64,000 nucleotides of DNA. It comes from Octopus vulgaris. Taxonomy: Eukaryota. Below, one piece after another: positions 55,700-64,000 of this stretch (position 1 is the stretch's first letter; each line of letters opens with the position of its first letter). The notes under the pieces are model-generated. The model worked only from the letters and a program-made list of their open reading frames with translations. It was not told the origin of the DNA and searched no databases. The DNA lies in the NCBI GenBank assembly GCA_951406725.2, contig OX597820.1, positions 69,440,001-69,504,000 of the forward strand. Reading direction: 5' to 3'. Position numbers and translations under genes: made by a program.

Positions 55700-56536
55700 T
55701 CTATGTTGCTTTACAAACTAGAGATCCAAAAATCAACGACATCCTGAAAACACACAAACTCATCAAATGCAAAAAACAAGACAAATCGCTAAAGAGACTA
55801 CTAACAAATGCGAAGCTTTACAAAACAACCACGAAACTAACGGTTGAAAAATGTGAACGCCCAAACTGTAGAACCTGCCCCAACCTGCTTGAAGGCTAGG
55901 ATTTCCTTTTCAAACAAGACAGAGGTTCAAAATTAAAACTAGTTTCACTTGTGCCTCTGAGAACCTAATTTATGTAATAACCTGCTCGGGTTGCGGACAT
56001 AACTATATTGGACAAACGAGTATGACCTTGAGAAAAAGAACCACTCTACATAAAGTGCAAATCCGTTTCCCGCAATACACGAAAATTCCTCACAGTGAAC
56101 ATATAGAAAAATGTGCAGATAATATCAAACCGAATTTCAGTCTCCCCGTTCTACCAAAGACACAATCTCTCCACTAGAACGTTTAAATAAATATACGCTT
56201 TTCATTGAAAAATACAGAACACGTCTTAATATGCACGCATAACCAACTTTTATCTTTTTACATATTTCAAATCACGATTACATCACTGTACCGAAAGCTG
56301 AACAGTTATCTCCCTTACCCACAACAATAACAATAAAAACGACAACCAATTAACACCCTTTTATTTATCTACTTGTGAAGTCATTCACTCGTGAATTTCA
56401 TCACACACAACATGGAAAAAATTTCTTCTTAAGGAAAAATACATATTCAAATAAGTAAAACATAATATCATGAATAGCGATAGCGAAACCGGTCGATATA
56501 TTAAAACTATGTAAGTGTGCGTATTTTCCTTTTATA

Positions 56537-56542
<6 letters not shown>
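55700..56542 (+). mobile_element. Penelope-like element 3' remnant (GIY-YIG endonuclease + pLTR-like region)
   Basis: KSLKRLLTNAKL...KCERPNCRTCPNL*...FTCASENLIYVITCSGCGHNYIGQTSMTLRKRTTLH...HSEH; the CxxxxCxxC linker suggests the Neptune type; stops and frameshifts. Confidence 0.88.
56465..56499 (+). ncRNA. Decayed minimal type I hammerhead ribozyme in the Penelope-like element
   Basis: atatc-ATGAATA-gc gata gc-GAAA-ccgg-TC-gatat: stems I-III intact, CUGANGA core with two substitutions. Confidence 0.65.
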
Positions 56543-56587
<45 letters not shown>

Positions 56588-56588
<1 letters not shown>

Positions 56589-57087
56589 TAGCAGTATCGC
56601 CCGGCGTTGCTCGGGTTTGTAAGGGAAATAACTATATAAGCATTTTTAGAGAGTTACTTCCCTTATAGATGCCAATTCGGGCTTTCTTAGCCATTTCTGT
56701 TTTGGTGTCTTCAAGCCATGAAGTCGTTGTTCTAAAAGAACGCTGGTCTCCTTGACAACGCTTTACGACGTTGATTTCCTTACACTCCCTTCCCCACAGC
56801 TTCACGAGGGAGGGAAGAAGGGGAGAAGCAAACAGGTGCAGGTGTGACCATGGACGCCAACTCCGCCGCCATCGACACACGAAAAATTATGCATTAAAAT
56901 GGAATAAAAAATGATGTTAAATTATTTTTAAAATCGTAGACTCATCGTAGATGCGCGCTAATACTCAGACGGGCTCGATATGAATCACGACTATAAGATA
57001 CCCGAATTTGGTTAAACTGCACTGCAAAATGTGGGAGTAGTTAGGAATCTAAATCGAAGGGGACAGACACTCACACAACTACAATTT

Positions 57088-57100
<13 letters not shown>
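56588..57100 (-). mobile_element. Non-autonomous Helitron
   Basis: Minus-strand 3' end cccgagc-aac-gccggg-cgatactg-CTAG|T (GC hairpin + CTAG); 5' end runs into (TA)n, so the TC terminus is not visible. Confidence 0.75.
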
Positions 57101-57169
<69 letters not shown>

Positions 57170-57171
<2 letters not shown>

Positions 57172-57386
57172 CGTGTGTGTATCTGTGTTTGTCCCACAAC
57201 ATTATCTTACAACCGATGTTGGTGTGTTTACGTCCCCGTATCTTGGCGGTTCAGCAAAAAGATACCGATAGAATAAGAACTAAGCTTACAAAAAATAAGT
57301 CCTGGGGTCGATTTGTTCGACTTCAGGTGGTGCTCCAGCCTGGCCACAGTCAAATGACTGAAACAAGTAAAAGAGTAAAAGAAGTA
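57170..57386 (+). mobile_element. Group A SINE 3' half after (TG)n
   Basis: ctgtgtttgtccc...ggtgtgtttacgtccccgta...gtcaaatgactgaaacaagtaaaagag. Confidence 0.88.
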
Positions 57387-57677
57387 AATGAATTTAAAAC
57401 CAAGATTCAACTGTAATCCTAATAGAAGTGATTGTAAACCAGAATTAAATTCGATTTAAAAATTAACGCTATCACCTTGATTGCGTTAATGATAAATGAT
57501 GGTCCCTTGATGAAATTGCAGCGACTATGATGTATATTTGCAGTTGATTCAGTAAAAACATATGTTGGTTGTTGTTATATATGCTGTAGAAAACTTTTTA
57601 ATTAAATAAATTCTGAATGTGAATACACGAGCATGCTCCTTTTGGTTTTAAATTATATATAAGTAAAAAAAATAAAT

Positions 57678-57902
57678 GCGCCCTTTGGGCCCGGTTTCCC
57701 GGTTTCAATGGCGTATGTGTTCCCCGGCTGGACGGGACGCCAGTCCGTCGCAGCGTTAGTCATGTTTGCAAGCTGAGTGGACTGGAGCAACGTGAAATGA
57801 AGTGTTTTGCTGAAGAACATAACGTGTCGCCCGGTCCAGGAATCGATGCCACAATCTTACGATCATGATGCTGACACCCTAACCACTAAGCCACGTACCT
57901 CT
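57678..57902 (-). mobile_element. Group C SINE with a different (V-domain-like) 3' region
   Basis: Minus strand: gtggcttagtggttagggtg head, group C core, then tgcgacggactggcgtcccgtccag...gaaaccggg. Confidence 0.8.
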
Positions 57903-58194
57903 ACTTTAAATTATATATACATACATATAATCACATTCTGATTGAATCTTCTATGTGTTAACCTGTTCCTCCTTGCGACAATGTAAACTTGCATTTATTC
58001 AAGATATCCTTTGCCTGAATAGTAGTTTCAGGTATACACTATTCCTTAACTCTTGTATTCTTATTCGTATACCCGGCAAACCTGGTTGCCTACCGTGATA
58101 TATAAAAATAACTCTTTTTAGTTTATCGTACTTCGATAACAAAAAAAAATTCACAAACTTCCGACTCAGTAAACCATTATTGTTCCTGAAAGTT

Positions 58195-58544
58195 GTTTAG
58201 GGTAGCAGTCTCGAGGTCGTAGGATCGCGGTTTCAATTCCCAGACCGGGCGTTGTGAGTGATTATTGAGCGAAAACACCTAAAGCTCCACGAGGCTCGGC
58301 AGGGGGTTGCGGGCGAACTTTGCTGTACTCTTTCACCACAACATTCTCTCAATCTTTCTTCCTGTTTCTGTTGTACCTGTACTTCAAAGGGCCAGCCTTG
58401 TCACACACTGTTTCACGCTGAATCTCCCCGAGAACTACACGTGTCTGTGGAGTGCTCAGCGACTTACACGTTAATTTCACGAGTAGACTGTTCCTTTGAT
58501 CGGATCAACTGGAACCCTCGTCGGCGTAACCGACGGAGTGCCAC
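58195..58544 (+). mobile_element. tRNA-derived SINE sharing its 3' half with the 43697 copy
   Basis: B box ggtttcaattccc; from gtacctgta onward collinear with ~43836-43990, ending cgtaaccgacggagtgcc. Confidence 0.82.
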
Positions 58545-58904
58545 TATATATATATATGAATGTATGTATATATGTATGTATATGCATAAAGCTTCATGAT
58601 ATAATGACACGTCCGTATTACCAAATATTCTGAAACCGTAAGGAGAATGTATAACAAATTTAATATGGCTTATCTAATGCGAGATTTTAAGCCTGCACTA
58701 GTTATTCAGGTCCAGATGCTGTTTGAGCTGTCAGTGAAACCAATTATTTGTAGACCCACGTAGTGAGGCCTGACTTTTGGCGTGAATATAGTGATATACT
58801 CAATTCATATACTCAAAGAGCCCCAAATTTCTTTCAATAACGGAAGTATTTACGTACTTTTGCCACGCAAGCTTAACGCTATTAATATATTACAAGCCAT
58901 TAAT

Positions 58905-59080
58905 GCGGCAGGCTGACAGATTCGTTAGCATGCTGGACGAACTTCTTAACGGCATTTCGTCCGTCTTCATGTTTTGAGTTCAAACTCCGCCGAGGTCGAC
59001 CAGTTGAGCATTGGATCGCCGTAACCGACTTCCACCCTCCCCCTGAAATTGCTGGCCTTGTGCAAACATTTGAAATCAAT
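58905..59080 (+). mobile_element. Group B SINE with internal deletion
   Basis: gctgacagattcgttagca...ccgccgaggtcgac|cagttgagca...gaaattgctggccttgtgcaaacatttgaaa. Confidence 0.85.
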
Positions 59081-59366
59081 ATATAACAAGCCATTAACAC
59101 AGATAAATTACATATTTCATTCTAGGTCCAGCGATCACACGCGCAGTGACAGATTATATAAAATCCCTGATACGCGTAGACATTGAAGCGACTCGTCCCC
59201 CGACAGAACGTAGAGAGCTGAAGCAAAAAAATATATTACATTTTAGACAACGCTTTAACGACGTAGCCAAATCTATTTGTGCTTGTAAAATGCAGGGACA
59301 TTAACAGCTTAAACTACGTACATCAAAGCAGCCGTTTATGGATACAGTTACAATTATATATACTTA

Positions 59367-59530
59367 GGCGTAGGAGTGGCTGTGTGGTAAGTAGCTTGCT
59401 TAACAACCACATTATTCCGGGTTCAGTCCCAATGTGCGGCACCTTGGTCAAGTGTCTTCTACTATAGCCTCGGGTCGACCAAAGCCGTGTGAGTGGATTC
59501 GGTAGAAGGAAACTGAAAGAAGCTCGTCGC

Positions 59531-59562
<32 letters not shown>

Positions 59563-59733
59563 ATTTCTGTGTCTGTGTTTGTCCCCCCACCATCGTTTGA
59601 CAACCGATTCTGGTGTGTTTACGTCCCCGTAACTTAGCGGTTCAGCAAAAGAGACCGATATAATAAGTACTAGGCTTCCAAAGAATAAGTCCTAGGGTCG
59701 ATTTCCTCGACTAAAGGTGGTGCTCCAGCATGG
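59367..59733 (+). mobile_element. Group A SINE, near full length
   Basis: ggcgtaggagtggctgtgtgg (A box), ggttcagtccc (B box); tail ends at ccagcatgg. Confidence 0.92.
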
Positions 59734-60580
59734 AGTTAAGACATGAAAGATACATTGCTTCATCTCACTCTTTGCTTGAAACTCTATCAAAATATATCGT
59801 GGTGTGTGTATTAAAAAGATTGCACATTAGATAATGAAGTCTTACGAAATGTGAGGTTCATGTCCCACCGAACGAGGCTATACTATGACGGGAACTACTA
59901 CAGCAATAACAACAACCTCACAGATCTAGGATTTGCTATGGTGGTCATGAGCTTTAAAATCCTCTTCTCAGACGGCAGTAAAGCAAACAAACAATGGAAA
60001 TTTGCTGCATTGGGTATTGTTTTGTCGAGATTTAAGTTGTCGCAATTGAATATAGATAATATATGCAGTGTTTATTCTCTCGAGAAAGTGTTACGAGTGA
60101 ATTTCATACTGGTCATGTGATATTTTTAGATAATTAAACTATGTTCAAAGAAAGGATAAATGAAAAACATACAAAAAAACCCTCCTCTAATCAGGATTAA
60201 ACGATTATGAATTAATCTTCTGAGGGTGGGAATTTTTCAATGCATAAAGAGATGAAAGGCGATTAAGCTAATAGGACATCCTCCTACCAATATATAATGC
60301 GGCACTTGTACAAGAAATCAAGTGTAGAAATCTCACAGTTAATTTTATACTCTAAGTTTAAAATATATATGTTTGTACCTATATTTACATGAAATAATTT
60401 ATATATGTATTTACATAAAAACAACCGCTTACACGCAGCTATGTTAGACGTACGTACGAGTAAGTATAGACGCGTGTAAACGTATATGGTGTGTGCGCGT
60501 GTAACTGCCCTTATGCATGCATGTGTGCGTGTGTGGGTTTGTGTGTGTGTGCGTGTATATATATATATACACAGACACAC

Positions 60581-60651
<71 letters not shown>

Positions 60652-60653
60652 AT

Positions 60654-60835
60654 GTAATCCCTCGTCCTCGACTATCGCGGGTATTACGTTGCAAAACAGC
60701 ACGCGATAGGTGAAAATCCGTGAAGTAGAAACAGTACTGTGGTGTGTATTTTTTTTCATTATTTTTATGATTTTTATATACTTATTTTATTATAAATGCA
60801 AAACAACACCACGGCGGAATGGACATAAGCTTAAA
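60654..60835. mobile_element. Tigger/pogo-like DNA transposon end fragment
   Basis: gtaatccctcg...actatcgcgggtattacgtt...cgcgataggtgaaaatccgtgaagtag resembles Tigger-type termini; the second TIR is not seen. Confidence 0.55.
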
Positions 60836-60836
60836 T

Positions 60837-60957
<121 letters not shown>

Positions 60958-61003
60958 CAGATAGATAGACAGATAGTGTCTATGCACATGTATGTATTTA
61001 TGT

Positions 61004-61067
<64 letters not shown>

Positions 61068-61659
61068 ATTTGCACCATTAAATAAGATTATGTATCAATA
61101 TAAATTCGTAAAAATCATACCTGCAATTATATATACGCAATCAATGTGAAACATAATATAGAAATACACCGAAGGTAATACGCCTACGCATCCACGGGTG
61201 TTTAGTCAGCTATGTAGAATGTTGATACAAGCTTAATAATTAGGTTATTGTTTACATGATAAACAATTATTAATTCAGATTTTTTTAGATCTCCTTAATG
61301 TAATAGATTTTGCTTAGATATTATAAAAAAAACCCTCATTAATTATTCTTATACTTTGTGAGTAAATATGGACGTTTAGTTTCAGTAGAATACATACATG
61401 CACATGTACTTATATATGCATGTATATAAGAATATGCTGACATGTGAAGAATATGCATACGCGTACACATGCAGACACAGTAATATAAATACCATGAAAT
61501 GTAAGCAAATATATAGGCGTATAATTTACCATGAAATATGCTAAGGCTCACAATCTCATATGCACATATGCAGACATACAGACATATACACATATACAAT
61601 CATAAATAAGTATAAATCGCTATTTAGATGCTTCGTATTAAGATGTCAAAACTGACTTA

Positions 61660-61904
61660 ATGTATATTGAATGTATATGTGTGTGTGTGTGTATTTGTGT
61701 GCGTTTGTGTCTGCGTGTGTGCGTTTGTGTCTGCGTGTGTGCGTTTGTGTCTGTTTGTGTGCGTGTGTCTACGATTGCCCTTGTTAGTGTGTATGCGTCT
61801 GTGTGTTGGTGTATGTATACGCAGATAATTATGCATGTGTGAGCCTATGTGCAGTTACATGTGTGTGTGTGTATGTATGTGTATGCGTCTATGTACGCAT
61901 GTTC

Positions 61905-61962
<58 letters not shown>

Positions 61963-62101
61963 TATACATATATACATATATATATATATATTTATATACA
62001 TATATATACATATATATATATATACATATATATATTTATTTATATACATAGTCACACACATATATATACATATATATATATTTATATACATACTCACACA
62101 C

Positions 62102-62170
<69 letters not shown>

Positions 62171-62255
62171 TTCAAATGCATATGTGTGCATGTGAGTGCA
62201 TTTGTGTTTGTGTTAGTGAATGTGTATGTATGTGTGTGTGTGTTTGTGTGTGCGT
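61660..62255. repeat. Long compound (TG)n/(TA)n low-complexity tract
   Basis: Directly visible. Confidence 0.95.
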
Positions 62256-63155
62256 AGTTTTAAAATCGTGTAAATCAAACAGATTCAGACTTAATTTTAA
62301 TTTTAAATGAATTCATTTTTCCAATCAACCAGAATTAGGCGCGCATAACCGCAATATTACGTGTTTTTCTTTTGTTTGTTTTTTAATATTTGCCATTTCA
62401 TGGGATTAAATATGTGTGTTGATTCAGACTAGAGCTAAATAAATACTCTCAACTTATAAATACAGCAAGTGTCAAGCTCGTGTTGCTGATGTATAGATAC
62501 TTAACCTTCATAAAGGTCAAGATTATTCGGAAATCGATCGGGTTATAGTATGAGCCCAATCATATTTCTCTGTTGCTGAGTTACTTCAATATAACCTCTG
62601 TTATGTCACTGTCAGCCAAGCAATTACCCATCTTCATTATTTTTACGCATAATTAACTGGTATTTATTATAGTTGTTCAAATGCATGCCACTGACCATTT
62701 AAGTTTGTTTTATTGAATTCTTATTTTGTTCCATTTCTGAAAATTACCAGGATTATAAATGTGTACTCTTCCATTTTTGTGTATGTCTGACGGTATCTCC
62801 TTCTATTAGTAGCAAGCTAAGATATATGCTGCATTGACGATGCTCATTGAAGCCCAGACGCATTTCAATAACTTTCTTCTGGTCTCCAGAGAAAAAAACT
62901 GACTTGTCCCTAATGCCAGAGTAATTTTGGAAAAGTCTAGATTCTTGAGGTTACCTTTCCAACTCGTTTAGCAATGCCCCCAATTAATTCTGCATGCTCT
63001 GGAAATGAGCATAATTTAAATAGTAAATGATATCAATTTATTCTTTATTGTCACTCAAATACTTGTTATGAAATACTCTGATTTATTTTTCTTAGCTCAT
63101 TTCCTTTCTATTTATGGATACATGCAGAAATTTGAACTTATATATGTATATATGT

Positions 63156-63201
<46 letters not shown>

Positions 63202-63218
63202 ATATGTATATATATAAA

Positions 63219-63267
<49 letters not shown>

Positions 63268-63269
63268 AC

Positions 63270-63320
<51 letters not shown>

Positions 63321-63322
63321 TA

Positions 63323-64000
63323 CTTAAAGTCTTGGGAACAGGTTCGAACTCTGATGTCATATATCTTGTCTTCAGTAAAGCGTTCGACAGGGTTGACCAT
63401 ATTATACTACTCTCAAAATTGGCAAATGTTGGAATCCGTGGAAAACTTCTACACTGGATTAAGTATTCCTGGCAAATAGAACACAACATGTTGTAGTCGA
63501 TGGAATCCCCTCAACCTCAGCAAAAGTCACCAGCGGTGTCCCCCAGTTGGCTGTTTTGGGTCCCGCTCCTCTTTATAATTTACATAAATGACCTTTCCAG
63601 TGTCGTACATCACTGCAAAGAGAAAATATTTGCTGATGACACTAAGTTTCAGCAAATCATCAATGAAGAAGCAGACCGAACTCAACTCCAGTCTGACCTA
63701 TATTCTGTGAGTCAATGGGCAGACAAAAACAAAATGCAACTGAACGAGGGAAAATTTGAGCTGATGCATTTTGGAAGAAAGTCCACACTAAAACAGCCGT
63801 ACTCTCTACCTTCAGGGGAACCGCTCACAGCCTCTAACAATATCAGAGACCTGAGCGTAATTGTTGATGACGATCTCAGTTGGACTGCCCACATCAACAA
63901 TAAGGTCGATATAGCTCGTAGGATGAGTTCCTGGATCTTAAGAAGCTTCTGGTCAAGAGAACAAGGTGTCATCATACCACTTTTCTCCTCCTTTGTACGG
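63323..64000 (+). mobile_element. CR1-like LINE reverse transcriptase, 5'-truncated at (TA)n, continues past window
   Basis: [65 protein letters not shown]; at least two frameshifts. Confidence 0.92.

Overview
AT-rich, microsatellite-dense eukaryotic genomic DNA. The repeat families resemble those of an octopus or other coleoid cephalopod, which is an inference from the repeats, not a database match. The only host gene I can support is the 3' part of an AP-2 (TFAP2 family) transcription factor gene on the + strand. It has four coding exons (7517/7520-7721, 10674-10792, 35409-35550, 38263-38566) that splice in frame via GT-AG introns, covering the basic DNA-binding region and the helix-span-helix dimerisation domain. 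The N-terminal exons are not recognisable here. A 24.6-kb intron splits the domain, and a ~4-kb TE-free stretch after the stop is probably a long 3'UTR. The rest is repeats: three tRNA-derived SINE groups (one with a Meta/MESC-like core, two CORE-like), three R4/Dong-type LINE remnants at (TAA)n tracts, CR1-like LINE pieces, a Penelope-like GIY-YIG remnant with a decayed minimal hammerhead ribozyme, a non-autonomous Helitron, and Tigger and mariner remnants. The strongest candidate for an undescribed system is a ~560-bp non-coding, non-tRNA repeat in four copies. It always sits at (TAA)n with the same strand polarity as the Dong LINEs, shows 5' truncation and inversion, and has a Dong-like 3' hairpin, so it may be a microsatellite-targeting non-autonomous partner of R4/Dong. 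Almost all ORFs in the supplied track are microsatellite or repeat artefacts. Repeat boundaries are approximate and read by eye.
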